Below, in pieces: positions 19,950-29,953 of a DNA stretch of 64,000 nt. Source of the DNA: Ostreococcus lucimarinus (taxonomy: Eukaryota); NCBI GenBank assembly GCA_000092065.1, contig CP000581.1. One strand, given 5' to 3'. The position numbers were made by a program, and so were the translations under genes. Within the stretch, counting starts at the first letter, position 1; each line of letters opens with the position of its first letter. The notes beneath the pieces are model-generated. The model ran no database searches, was not told where the DNA came from, and saw only the letters and a list, made by a program, of their open reading frames with translations.

Positions 19950-20708
19950 ATGGCGACGACGACGCGAGCGCCCGCGATGGCGCGGATGGCGATCCGAAAC
20001 ACCGCGACCCGCGGGAAGACGGCGAGCAAACGCGCGGTGGCGATGCGAGGCACCGAGCGCGTGGACGGAGGGATTTATAAGGAACCCCACCACGGGTTCA
20101 GCGATGAGTTCATCGAGGAGACGCTCGGGAAGTTCCCGGAAGAGGGCATCTGCGATAACCAGGAGGCGATGATTCTCGTCGTCGCGGGCGGGTACAAGAT
20201 TTTGGACGTGCGCGCGGATTCCGAGATTGATTTCGTGGGTAACTACCCGCGGGATCAAATCAACGGCTCGAAGTTCGTCGTGGCGTCGATCGTCAACGCG
20301 ACGCGCAAGTACGACAGCGAGAAGGGCGAAAAGGTGTACCAGCAAAGCGTCAACGCCGACTTCAAGGCGCAAGTTGAAAAATTGTTCCCGGATAAGGAAG
20401 CGAAGGTCATCGTCGCTTGCTCCGATGGCCGCAACCGCACGCTTCAAGCGCTTGAGACCATGGATGAAATGGGCTACGTCAACATCGTCGGTCTCCGCGG
20501 TGGCTACAACTTGTGGAACCGTCAATGGGATGCCAAGCTTCGCACGCGCAACTTGCCGGGCGTCTTCAAGGAAGACTACATCCACGGTGCCGACGGTTGC
20601 GGCGTGCACGCCACCGGTGCGGGTTTCCAAAACCAAGACGCGTTCCAATACGCTGACTGGAGAGACACCACCGAATGGATCGACACCCTTGAACCGGTCG
20701 CGGCGTAA
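19950..20708 (+). CDS. Rhodanese-like (sulfurtransferase/Cdc25-fold) domain protein, probably plastidial
   Basis: ILDVR...E.......VIVACSDGRNRTLQALE.L...GY.NIVGLRGGYN.W. The active-site loop is CSDGRNR. ATG verified at 19950. Confidence 0.65.
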   Translation: MATTTRAPAMARMAIRNTATRGKTASKRAVAMRGTERVDGGIYKEPHHGFSDEFIEETLGKFPEEGICDNQEAMILVVAGGYKILDVRADSEIDFVGNYPRDQINGSKFVVASIVNATRKYDSEKGEKVYQQSVNADFKAQVEKLFPDKEAKVIVACSDGRNRTLQALETMDEMGYVNIVGLRGGYNLWNRQWDAKLRTRNLPGVFKEDYIHGADGCGVHATGAGFQNQDAFQYADWRDTTEWIDTLEPVAA

Positions 20709-20845
20709 GCGAGCGTCTCGACGTTCTCTCGCAAAGCTTTATTAGTACACATTTACAACGCACACGATTCTGTGACGATTCTACAATATAACGCGATCTC
20801 ATCGCCGCTTGCGAGAGTTGAAATATGAACGAAACACACCTCCAC

Positions 20846-22144
20846 CTAGTCTCTGCCGTACGCGTTGATCCAATCCACGAGGCCCATGCTTGACGTCTCC
20901 ACTCGAGCGTCCGATCCCGAGCCCGCGATGGCGCCGATCTCGGCCGCGCCAAAAGTGGCGATTCCAGTGAAGACACCGGGAGGCGAGACTCGCATACGAC
21001 GTGATGAAGCAACGCCAACGCCAGTGAGTACGGCGTCGTGTTCGTATACGTCTAGAAAGGCAAAGCTCGTCTCGCCCTCCGCCGCCTCGAGCATCGCCTC
21101 AAGCGTCACGTAATGAACATCATTTCGATAATGATAGTGTCCGGGATGGTCGTGTCCTGCCAAACAAATCTTCACGCACCCACTGCTTTCTATGAGATCG
21201 GAGACCTCGTCGCTGTTCCAGGCGCTCATCTGATACCGAGCCGCGTCTCTGTGCAAGGCGTTGTGCGACGCGACGATGACTCGCTCGCGTTTCGCCGCCG
21301 CGTCGTTCAGCTCGTCCCGCAACCAGTCAAATTGAACGGGACCGATGCCTCCGCCCCAAGGAACGACATCCTCACGACCCTCGTCCACGGCGTCTTGCGC
21401 GAATCGCATCGCCGCATCGAACTCTGGCGCGTCTCGAGATACGTACCGCGGATTCAAATCCGTCGTGTCCAAAACGATTAATCGCCACCCTCTCGGCATA
21501 CTCGCGCTGTAATACGCCGCCTCGGCGTTCACGGCGCTTAAAAACACCTCTTTCCCGACGTTACAATCGTGATTCCCCACGCAGTGGAACATCCGCACCT
21601 TCGACGCGTTCACCAAATCCGCGACGACCGCCAAGTCTGTTCCGTTCTTTTCCGTCGTCGACGCGCGCATCGGCGTCCGCAGCACCGGCTTCGTCGTCTT
21701 ATCGTCCTCGTTGTACCCATCAAACAAATCACCCAAGTTCACGATTCCGCTCAGCGTCGCCGCTTCGTCTTCGAACGCGCGAATGCACTCTCGCAGTCGT
21801 CGCTCGCTCGCCCTGAACCGCTTCGTCCGCGTCGCGTCGTCCTCCCGCGTCTCGTCCACCTTATCGCCGTACTGCGCGTCCGCGAACACGCCCAGTCGAA
21901 AGCACCGCGTCTTCTCCACGCTCTTCAGCCGCGCGCTCGAGCCGACCGCGTTCACGCGCGGCGCCCGCGTCGTCCTCGCGTCGTCGTCGTCGTCGTCGTC
22001 GCCATCCTTCGTCCTCGCGCGCGCCCTCGTCGTCGCCGCGCCCGCGCGCGAACGCGCCGCACCGTTCGACCGCGTCGGCGGCGCTCGAAGCGCGCCGGCG
22101 CGCGTCGCCGTCGACATCGCGTCGCGCTCTGGCGCGCGCGCCAT
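20846..22144 (-). CDS. Calcineurin-like metallophosphoesterase (ADP-ribose/CDP-alcohol diphosphatase, ADPRM-like)
   Basis: FRLGVFADAQYGD, GDLFDG, HCVGNHD and ..ASHNALHR..AGHDHPGHYH metallophosphoesterase motifs. ATG verified at 22142-22144. Confidence 0.6.
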   Translation of the reverse strand: MARAPERDAMSTATRAGALRAPPTRSNGAARSRAGAATTRARARTKDGDDDDDDDARTTRAPRVNAVGSSARLKSVEKTRCFRLGVFADAQYGDKVDETREDDATRTKRFRASERRLRECIRAFEDEAATLSGIVNLGDLFDGYNEDDKTTKPVLRTPMRASTTEKNGTDLAVVADLVNASKVRMFHCVGNHDCNVGKEVFLSAVNAEAAYYSASMPRGWRLIVLDTTDLNPRYVSRDAPEFDAAMRFAQDAVDEGREDVVPWGGGIGPVQFDWLRDELNDAAAKRERVIVASHNALHRDAARYQMSAWNSDEVSDLIESSGCVKICLAGHDHPGHYHYRNDVHYVTLEAMLEAAEGETSFAFLDVYEHDAVLTGVGVASSRRMRVSPPGVFTGIATFGAAEIGAIAGSGSDARVETSSMGLVDWINAYGRD

Positions 22145-22202
22145 CGTGATTTCGAGTCGACCTCACTCGTCGTCGCGTCGCGCCGCGCGCGCGGGCGGCG
22201 TC

Positions 22203-25200
22203 ATGTTCGGCGGCGACGGCGCGGACGGTGCGAATCCGTTCGGCGCGCCGCGCGCGCGCGCGTTCGGGACGAGCGCGCGCGACGCGAGCGCGAGTCCGTT
22301 CGGCGCGAGCGACCCGTTCGGGCGCGGCGACGCGAGCGCGACGACGGCGACGACGGCGCCGGGAGGGGCGCCGGGCGCGGGCGGAGGGACGGCGACGCCG
22401 TTCGGGGGGTTCGGGGGGGGCGCGCCGGCGGCGAACGCGCCGGGGGGGGTCGGAGGCGCGAGCGGCGGGTTCGGCGGGTTCGGCGCGAGCGCGAGCGCGA
22501 GTCCGTTCGGGAGCGGGACGGGCGCGGCGGCGCACGGAGCGAGCGGTGGGGGTGGGTCGGCGTTTGGAGGCGGTGCGAACGCGTTCGGGGGTGGAGGGGC
22601 GTTCGGCGCGAGCGCGCCCGCGGCGAGCGCGAGTCCGTTCGGCGCGCCCGCGAGTCCGTTCGGGACGGGCGCGCCCGCGGCGAGCGCGAGTCCTTTCGGC
22701 GCGAGCGCGAGTCCTTTCGGCGCGAGCGCGAGTCCTTTCGGCGCGAGCGCGAGTCCTTTCGGCGCGAGCGCGAGTCCTTTCGGCGCGAGCGCGCCGCAAA
22801 CGGCGCCGTCGACGCCGTTTGCGCCCGTCGCGAGCTCGCCGTTCGGCGGCGGCCCATCGTCGACGACCGCGCTGGTGTTCGGCGCGTTCGGGGCGGCGTC
22901 GCCGAGCTCGACGCCGTCGCCTTTCGCGGTGAAGGTACCAGAACCATCGGCGGCGGCGTCGCCGTTCGGTGGCGGTGGGTTCAGCTTTAGCGCGTCTCCG
23001 ACGACTGCGCCCGCGAGTCCTTTCGGCGCGAGTCCTTTCGGCGCGGCGCCAGCGGTATCTTCGGCTCCGACCGGCGGGATCTTCGGCGTAGCGCCCACGA
23101 CAGGGGGGTTGAGCGCCACGGCATCGCCTTTTGCGCCTAAACCGGCCACATCTGGTTTCGCGTTCGGCGGCGCGAATCCACCAGAGGCGGAGAAACGAGA
23201 CGCCATCGCAAGTATTCCTGCGTTTGGTGGCGGCGCGAAAGCTTTCGTCCCGCCGAAGCCAAAACCCATTGCGGATAGATTAAACTTAGCTAGTGAAGCG
23301 CCATCGACGTCAAATGCTGCGGGCGATGAGACGGGCGAAATCACCACCTCGAGTGGTCACATCGTGGGTACGTGCGATTTGATGTGCCCGGCGAAGGAGA
23401 GAGAATTCAGGAGCGCGAACGGCGACTTGGAAGTGTTCGAGAGAGTCGACCCAGAGGATCGCATGAAGTCTCATCCAGATTTGTGCATTAAAAAATATAC
23501 GCGCATCGTTGATGAAATTACGCCTGACATGGTTCGAACGAAGAAAGGTTTACAGTTGGCGATAGATCAACTTTGGCGAATTCTCGACGCCGAGGACAAA
23601 GACTTCATGACAAAGAGCAAATTTCTTTGGGACAGGCTGCGATCTATTCGCCAGGATTTGAATTTACAGCAAATCACGGATTCGTTCGCGGTAAAGCTAT
23701 TAGAGCAAATGGTTCGTTACACCATCCTAGCCGAACACGAGCTGTGCGAGGCGACAGCGTCGGCGACGAACCCGGACGGGCACAATTCTCACTTGAATGT
23801 TGAGCAGCTGACGAAGACACTCACGTCTCTTCGACACATGTACGACGATCATGCCGATCGTGGTCAGCAACTCGGTATTGATGCCGAGGCCGAGATGTTC
23901 TGTTATCAGCTCTTGCTTCGCATCGACTCGCACGGACGCTACGCCGTGCAACGGTCGGAGATGTTGAACGATTTAAGGAGCGTCCGCGCTGAGGTGCTAA
24001 AGCATCGTGACGTTCAATTCGCGCTCCAGTGTCATCGTGCATATCACGAAAACAACGTCGCCCGATTCTTTCATCTTGTGAAAAAAGCGACGTACGTTCA
24101 AGCTTGCTGTCTGCACAAGTTCTTCAATAGCATGCGTGGTAAAGCGCTCGAGGTCATGAACACGACGTACGGCAAGTTCATCATGCCGATTACCGAAATC
24201 GCGCGTCTTCTGCATACGGATGATATGGAGACGGAGGCGTTGTGTATACATCACGGATTAAACGTCACCAGAGGTAAAGCCGGGGATAAACCACCTGCGG
24301 TGACTATGCGCGAATCGTCGTACATTTCTCCCGCGGAAGAGTTTCCAATCTCGCGCTCAGATTTAATCATGAACAAGCGAGCCGCTTCTTACTTGCTTGA
24401 GATCGTCGGTAAGGACGAATCGGTTAGGATTGCTGCCAAAACGCTCCCAACTATGAGTACACCCAAAACTACGCCACAATTGTCCGAAGCGGATAAACGC
24501 AAGCAGCAGGCTGATGAACTCCGAGCAAAGATTGCGTTGCGCGAATCGCAGCTCGAAAAGGAACGAGCCGCCATTCTCGCCAAGAAGAAGGAGATCGAAG
24601 AACGCAAGGCTGCGGAAAAGAAGGCTGCGGAAGAAGCTGAGCGAAAGGCTAAGGAAGCAGAGGAGGCGGCAAGGCGAGCGGAAGAAGAAGCGAAGGCTGC
24701 CGAGGCGAAGGCGAGAGCTGAGGCTGAAGCTGCGGAAGCCGAGCGAAGACGTCTCGCAGAAGAAGCCGCTCGAGCCAAAGCCGAAGCTGAGGCGAAGGCG
24801 CTCGCTGAGGCTGAGCGACGAAAAGCAGAAGAGGAAGCGGAACGTCAACGAGTACTTGCCGAGGAACGAGCTCGAGAGACAGCTGCCGCCGCACACCGGG
24901 CTGCAATCGCAAAAGCCGAAGCCGAAGCTCGCGCGCGCCGCGCTGCCGAGGCTGAGGCTGAGCGACTCCGTCTTATCGCTGAAGAGAACGCTCGACGTCA
25001 AGCGGCTGAGGCAAAAGCAGCGCGAAAGCGAGCGAAAAGGCACATGGCGATCCGCCGACTCACATTTTCTCTTTGGCGTATGAACTCGAAGGAGTTCAAG
25101 CGAGAGCGGTTGATCGGCGAAGCGCTCGCCATGGCAAGTCCTGCGCCGGCGCTGAATCTCGGCGGCAAGGCTCTCCTCGACGCGAGTGCGGCATCTGAGC

Positions 25201-26873
25201 GTCCGACGGACGCGCTTGCGCAACTTCGAAAGAAGATTGAATCTGTCCGCTCGCCAGAATTCGGCGTGCCTTTGGATGTTCCGCAAACCGTTGGATTGGC
25301 GCTGCACGAAGCTGCGGCCACCGCGGCGCCGAGCGCTCTTGTTTGGAAGTGTCTCATCTGCACTGGCGCGGAGGCAGACTCCGGAGCGAGCGCGTCATCA
25401 CGACCGAGGACGACTACAGCGACAATCGTCGCGGAGTGGCTGCGCACGAAACTTTCTCGGGGCGGAAGCGCACACGCGACAGAGCCTGGCACTGGGACGA
25501 TTTTGTCGCTCTACGGCGCCCGACTTCCACTTCCAGGAACTGATGAGGAAAATGATTACATGATGGGTCCTTTGGCCTGGATCGTCGTCAGAGACGTGCC
25601 AGCAATGATGGAAAATTCCAAAGGTTCCAACGCGGGCGCGTCATCGGCGATTTTCGTTCTCGATTGCGGTGGCGGCACGTGTGAGAGTCACGAGCTGAAG
25701 CGTCTTCGAGCGTTCAGCTCAGCGGTGAAGAGGAGTGAAGCGCCGCTTGTAATCTTCGTCGCATCGAGAGACAACACGAATCAGAACGATATCAAGAAAA
25801 GTATCACAAGTTCCGGCATCGAGGGCGCGTTGGTGATATTTCTTCCTCCGAAAGGTCCGGAAGAATGGTCCGACGACAAGTTGTCCGAAGTGCTGGTTTG
25901 GACGGCGGAACGCGCGCCAAAGGCGCCTCGACGCAGGATCGCATATCTTTCGGCAGAAATTGAAGAAGCGTTACGACCAGGCTATGTCAACTTGACGGTC
26001 AAGCCACGTGTGTCTCCGCGAGCGTGCATACGCGCGTTCAACGATGCCCTCGACCAGCTGGAGCATAAAATACTCGAAGCCGCGCAAACTGAGGACGGCG
26101 CTGAATGGCCGCCGGTTGAGATCGGTCTCGTCAACGCGGCGCTTCCGCCGCCTGGCTGGAGATCCAAGTCCCGTCGAACGAAAGTGTTAGATTTGTTGCA
26201 TTCCGTGCGCCTGCCAGATTTCGAGGCTGGAGAGAAGCCCGTGCGCGCTTTCATCGATTACGTCGCAGCGGTGTTACCGCACTACCCGAAAGACTACGGC
26301 CAATGCTTGCTCGCGCAAGCGCGATACGACCCGCATTTCCACAAGCTGCAAGACATTCCGTGGGTGACGCTGTTCCAAACTCTCATCACACTTCTGCTGA
26401 GCGGATTAGAGAGCCAAAGCCGCGACGCGTGCATCTACCTTCCTCCGGGTCATCCCTCGTACGACTTCACGCCGTACGAGCCCGAGCCGGAATTGCTCGC
26501 CGAACGCGCGTCTTCGAAGACGCCGACCGAAGCCTTTGACGACGCCACGAACCGCAAGCGCAAGCACGAGGCGCTCGCCACCGCCATCCCCGAAGCCAGT
26601 CGGTTCGAAGAGATCGACTCCGCACCCTTGGACAACGTTCGCGCCGTCTTGGACGATTTACGTCGCGACGTCGACGCGCACGCGCGCTTCGCCGACGCCT
26701 CCGAGCGTTGGCTCGCCGCGCTCGCGACCAACACCCCCGGCACCGCCGAAGACCCCGAATCGTTCGCCGACGCCGGCGAATCGGACGCGCATCTGACCGC
26801 GTTCAACGCGTCCGTCGCCGCCGAGCGCGCCGCCGAGGCGCGTCTCCGGCTTCTCCTCGACGCCGCGCCGTAG
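22203..26873 (+). CDS. SAC3: SAC3/GANP-family protein (TREX-2 mRNA export scaffold) with N-terminal FG repeats and a long E/A/K-rich charged helix
   Basis: SAC3/GANP domain: GTCDLMCPAKEREFR......FE..D......P.LC.KKY.R.......P...R....L....D.LW.I. The N-terminus carries about 40 FG/SPFGAS repeats. Residues roughly 930-1110 are (AEAKA/EERKA)n. The start is the first ATG downstream of the divergent neighbour (22203); the ORF-tool start at 21711 overlaps that gene. Confidence 0.75.
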   Translation: MFGGDGADGANPFGAPRARAFGTSARDASASPFGASDPFGRGDASATTATTAPGGAPGAGGGTATPFGGFGGGAPAANAPGGVGGASGGFGGFGASASASPFGSGTGAAAHGASGGGGSAFGGGANAFGGGGAFGASAPAASASPFGAPASPFGTGAPAASASPFGASASPFGASASPFGASASPFGASASPFGASAPQTAPSTPFAPVASSPFGGGPSSTTALVFGAFGAASPSSTPSPFAVKVPEPSAAASPFGGGGFSFSASPTTAPASPFGASPFGAAPAVSSAPTGGIFGVAPTTGGLSATASPFAPKPATSGFAFGGANPPEAEKRDAIASIPAFGGGAKAFVPPKPKPIADRLNLASEAPSTSNAAGDETGEITTSSGHIVGTCDLMCPAKEREFRSANGDLEVFERVDPEDRMKSHPDLCIKKYTRIVDEITPDMVRTKKGLQLAIDQLWRILDAEDKDFMTKSKFLWDRLRSIRQDLNLQQITDSFAVKLLEQMVRYTILAEHELCEATASATNPDGHNSHLNVEQLTKTLTSLRHMYDDHADRGQQLGIDAEAEMFCYQLLLRIDSHGRYAVQRSEMLNDLRSVRAEVLKHRDVQFALQCHRAYHENNVARFFHLVKKATYVQACCLHKFFNSMRGKALEVMNTTYGKFIMPITEIARLLHTDDMETEALCIHHGLNVTRGKAGDKPPAVTMRESSYISPAEEFPISRSDLIMNKRAASYLLEIVGKDESVRIAAKTLPTMSTPKTTPQLSEADKRKQQADELRAKIALRESQLEKERAAILAKKKEIEERKAAEKKAAEEAERKAKEAEEAARRAEEEAKAAEAKARAEAEAAEAERRRLAEEAARAKAEAEAKALAEAERRKAEEEAERQRVLAEERARETAAAAHRAAIAKAEAEARARRAAEAEAERLRLIAEENARRQAAEAKAARKRAKRHMAIRRLTFSLWRMNSKEFKRERLIGEALAMASPAPALNLGGKALLDASAASERPTDALAQLRKKIESVRSPEFGVPLDVPQTVGLALHEAAATAAPSALVWKCLICTGAEADSGASASSRPRTTTATIVAEWLRTKLSRGGSAHATEPGTGTILSLYGARLPLPGTDEENDYMMGPLAWIVVRDVPAMMENSKGSNAGASSAIFVLDCGGGTCESHELKRLRAFSSAVKRSEAPLVIFVASRDNTNQNDIKKSITSSGIEGALVIFLPPKGPEEWSDDKLSEVLVWTAERAPKAPRRRIAYLSAEIEEALRPGYVNLTVKPRVSPRACIRAFNDALDQLEHKILEAAQTEDGAEWPPVEIGLVNAALPPPGWRSKSRRTKVLDLLHSVRLPDFEAGEKPVRAFIDYVAAVLPHYPKDYGQCLLAQARYDPHFHKLQDIPWVTLFQTLITLLLSGLESQSRDACIYLPPGHPSYDFTPYEPEPELLAERASSKTPTEAFDDATNRKRKHEALATAIPEASRFEEIDSAPLDNVRAVLDDLRRDVDAHARFADASERWLAALATNTPGTAEDPESFADAGESDAHLTAFNASVAAERAAEARLRLLLDAAP
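22615..22800 (+). repeat. 21-bp tandem repeat (gcgagcgcgagtcctttcggc, about 6 copies) encoding (SASPFGA)n within the SAC3 FG domain
   Basis: Direct reading at 22680-22800 shows five perfect consecutive copies plus diverged flanking copies. Confidence 0.85.
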
Positions 26874-27047
26874 CCACGCCTCGTCGCGCGAGACGAATGT
26901 CGAATGCATCACAATCGCGCGCGCCGCGCCGCGCCGCGCCACCGCACGCGCCGCGCCCGGCGCGACCGCACCGGTGATCGAAATCGCCCGCGCCCGCGCC
27001 CGTCGCCCGCGCGCGACGCCGCGCCCGCGCGCGCGCGTCGTCGACGC

Positions 27048-28286
27048 ATGAAGACGGACGCCGCGCCGGCGGCGGCGGCGCCCGACGCCCCGAAGACGCT
27101 CTACCAGGGCGTCGAGCGCGATGGCTTCGGCATGCGCCTGCTCACGAGACTCGGATGGCGCGAGGGCCGCGGACTGGGGAAGAACCAGGACGGGATCGCG
27201 AGGCACATTCACGCGCGAAAGCGACAGGTGGGGACGGGGGTGGGCGCGGACGCGCGAAACGACGCGAGCGGCGCGAACGCGGTGGATTGGACGATGAACA
27301 CGGTCGCGTTCGATGACGTGCTGCGATCGTTGAATAGAACGCACAGCGCGGAAGAGTTGGAACGCGCGGCGAACGCGGAGAAGGCGTCGTCGTCGGATGA
27401 GGACGAGGACGAGGGGGCGAAGACGAAGACGCGAGGCGAGGCGAAGAAGCGAAAGATGACGAAGGAGGAGAAGAAGGCGGCGAAGAAGGCGGCGAAGAGG
27501 GCGAAAAAGAATGAAATCGTCGTGAATCGGTCGGTGGTGAGTCACGCGGGGAGGTATCATAAGCGAGAGTCGCAAAAGATGGTGTCGAATTATAGCGCGG
27601 AGGATCTCGGGGCGATTTTGGGCGGCGGATTCGTCGCGTTGCCAGAGGTGCGCGCGGACAACGCGTCCGCGTCCGCGAGCGCGTCGGACGCGGACGAGTC
27701 CATCCCGACGCCGACGAATAAGGAGAAAGAAAAACCCAAGAGACTCGTCGTCGTGGAGCGACCGAAGTGGGTCTTCGATCCGCCGCCGGAGAGCTGGTGG
27801 GGCTGGCGCGTCGGATTTCGCCCGGAGGGTCACGGTAAAAAACCTGAAGACGCCGACGCCGACGCACTCGAACGCAAGCGAGGCTTCGACGAGGACGATC
27901 AAGTGAACTTGTTTCAAGACACGCACGCGGGTGCGAATAAGAATCGACGCGGTTTGGGGGCTGGCCAAGGCCGCGACGCCGCGGCTGATTTTTCGGGAAC
28001 GAAGAAGACGTTCGGCGAAGGCGACGAGGTCAGCGACGCCGAGAAAGCCGCCGCGGCGAAAGCAAAGAAGGTGAAGTGGCTCAAAATCGGCGAGAAGATC
28101 CTCGAAAAGGCGTCGGGATCGATGAAGACGAAAAAATTCATCGAAAAGGTTTTGAAAAAGGCTGAGTGCGCGGCCGACGACTGCGACGCCGTCTATCGCG
28201 ACGCCGCGTTCCACTTCCTCTCTCGCAGCGGCGCGTTCACCAGTCTCGAAGAAGACGTCGTGAAGTTCACCGGCAAGAAGGCGTGA
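27048..28286 (+). CDS. G-patch domain protein, PinX1-like (N-terminal G-patch, Lys-rich C-terminus)
   Basis: YQGVERDGFGMRLLTRLGWREGRGLGKNQDGIARHIHARKRQVGTGVG matches the G-patch consensus and the PinX1 N-terminal arrangement. It is followed by a K/E-rich tail. ATG at 27048. Confidence 0.55.
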   Translation: MKTDAAPAAAAPDAPKTLYQGVERDGFGMRLLTRLGWREGRGLGKNQDGIARHIHARKRQVGTGVGADARNDASGANAVDWTMNTVAFDDVLRSLNRTHSAEELERAANAEKASSSDEDEDEGAKTKTRGEAKKRKMTKEEKKAAKKAAKRAKKNEIVVNRSVVSHAGRYHKRESQKMVSNYSAEDLGAILGGGFVALPEVRADNASASASASDADESIPTPTNKEKEKPKRLVVVERPKWVFDPPPESWWGWRVGFRPEGHGKKPEDADADALERKRGFDEDDQVNLFQDTHAGANKNRRGLGAGQGRDAAADFSGTKKTFGEGDEVSDAEKAAAAKAKKVKWLKIGEKILEKASGSMKTKKFIEKVLKKAECAADDCDAVYRDAAFHFLSRSGAFTSLEEDVVKFTGKKA

Positions 28287-28351
28287 CACAATTCCTAGCT
28301 CTACCACTACACTAGCCTAATATCTATCTCCGCGCGTCTCTAGCGACGTCG

Positions 28352-28879
28352 TCACAACACGCGCTCGCGAAACTCGTGTTGACACCGCAGGCACTGCACC
28401 AACACCAGCGACTCCCGTTCGCCGCCTCCCCATATCTCCGCCTTGCGAATGTCCCTACCACCGCTCACCATGACGTACCTGCACTCGACGTTCTCACACA
28501 TCGGACACGCGTACGCCTCGGTGTTGACGCCGTCGTCGAAGTGTCGCCGCGTTCGCCTTCTCGCGCATCGCTCCTCCGCCGCCGCCCGCGCCGCCTTCAC
28601 CGCCTCCGTCGCGAGCTCCGTCGCGTCCGCGCGCACCAACGCCTCGATGTCCGCCTCCCCCCGTCGCACGCGCGCCGCGAGCGCGTCGTTCCGTCGCAGA
28701 TTCGTCGCCAGCGTGCGCACGCACTCGCGATACCTCTTCGAGTTCGCGTCGCCGTCGGCGCGCTCGAGCGCGCGTCGCTCGATCTCGCGCGCGACGTCGT
28801 ACAGCGCCGTCTCATCGCGCACCGCGTCGCCGAGCATCAGCGTCGCGCGCGCGCGCACGTCGTCGACGTCGTCCGCCAT
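28352..28879 (-). CDS. TFIIS-like protein (TFIIS central domain + C-terminal C4 zinc ribbon; no N-terminal LW domain)
   Basis: The central-domain-like helix bundle is followed by ..YACPMCENVECRYVMVSGGRDIRKAEIW.....VLVQCLRCQHEF, matching the TFIIS/RPB9-type Zn ribbon. ATG verified at 28877-28879. Confidence 0.5.
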   Translation of the reverse strand: MADDVDDVRARATLMLGDAVRDETALYDVAREIERRALERADGDANSKRYRECVRTLATNLRRNDALAARVRRGEADIEALVRADATELATEAVKAARAAAEERCARRRTRRHFDDGVNTEAYACPMCENVECRYVMVSGGRDIRKAEIWGGGERESLVLVQCLRCQHEFRERVL

Positions 28880-28985
28880 CGTCGCGACGTCGCGTCGGCA
28901 GATGCCGCCGCGCGACGACGCCGCGCGCGACGCGTCGACGGCGCGCGCCGCGCGCGACGGGACGCCGCGCGCGACGTCGCGCGCG

Positions 28986-29807
28986 ATGTCCGCGCGCGAG
29001 CTCGCCGCGCACTGCGCGAGCGGCGCCGTCGCGGGGTGCGCGGTGGAGGCGGCGTTTTACCCGCTCGACACGATAAAGACGCGGCTGCAGGCGCGCTTAA
29101 GCGGCGAGCGCGTCGCGCTGCGCCGAGGACTGTACCGCGGACTGCTGGGGAACCTGGCGGGCGTCGCCCCGGCGAGCGCGCTGTTCTTCGCGGCGTACGA
29201 ACCGATGAAGGCGGCGCTGCGGCGCGACGACGACGGCGACGGCGGCGGCGGCGACGGCGCGAAGGAACACCTGCTCGCGGGCGCGGTCGGAGGACTGGTG
29301 TCGAGCGTCGTGCGCGTGCCGACGGAGGTGATAAAGACGCGAAGGCAGGTGGGCGCGATGGGTGGGGTGGGATTGAGGAGCGTCGTCGCGTCGAGCGGCG
29401 TCGCGGGGTTGTTTGTGGGATACGGGTCGTTTCTGTTGCGCGACTTACCGTTCGACGCGATCGAGTTCGCGGGGTACGAGTCGCTGAAGAAGGCGTGGGG
29501 AGAGATGAAGGGCGAGGACGGCGCGACCGCCGTCGAGGCGGCGGCGCTCGGGTCGATCGCGGGGGCGTTTACGGGCGCGGTGACGACGCCGCTCGACGTC
29601 GTCAAGACGCGTTTGATGACGAGCCCGGACGTCTATCGCGGCGTGTTGCAGTGCGTGCGGAAAACCATCGCGGACGAGGGCGCGCTCGCGATGTTCAAGG
29701 GCGTGCAGCCGCGCGTGCTTTGGATCGGATTGGGCGGCGGGTGTTTCTTTTCGGTGCTCGAGACGGCGCGAGGCGTTCTCCTTCCCGTCGACTCGCGGCG
29801 CTCGTAG
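28986..29807 (+). CDS. Mitochondrial carrier family protein (S-adenosylmethionine-carrier-like)
   Basis: Three Mitochondrial Carrier Family (MCF) repeats carry P.D..K.R.Q signatures (PLDTIKTRLQ, PTEVIKTRRQ, PLDVVKTRLM). Start taken as the ATG at 28986; an alternative ATG lies at 28902. Confidence 0.8.
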   Translation: MSARELAAHCASGAVAGCAVEAAFYPLDTIKTRLQARLSGERVALRRGLYRGLLGNLAGVAPASALFFAAYEPMKAALRRDDDGDGGGGDGAKEHLLAGAVGGLVSSVVRVPTEVIKTRRQVGAMGGVGLRSVVASSGVAGLFVGYGSFLLRDLPFDAIEFAGYESLKKAWGEMKGEDGATAVEAAALGSIAGAFTGAVTTPLDVVKTRLMTSPDVYRGVLQCVRKTIADEGALAMFKGVQPRVLWIGLGGGCFFSVLETARGVLLPVDSRRS

Positions 29808-29953
29808 CTAGGCGTATTAGTCAACCTAGATCGATTCTTTCCCGCGCGCGTCCCTCGCGCGCGTCGCGGTCGTCTCGCGCGCGTTTTACGTTTATCGAAA
29901 CCGTTCGCGCCGCGTCTCGGCGTCACTTCGCGCCGCGCGGACGCGCGCGCGTC

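Noticed and set aside
21711-22202. ORF-tool N-terminal extension of SAC3 back to 21711
   Set aside because: It would run antisense through the metallophosphoesterase CDS (20846-22144), whose conserved N-terminal motifs lie in this very segment. The first ATG beyond that gene (22203) starts the FG-repeat region cleanly.
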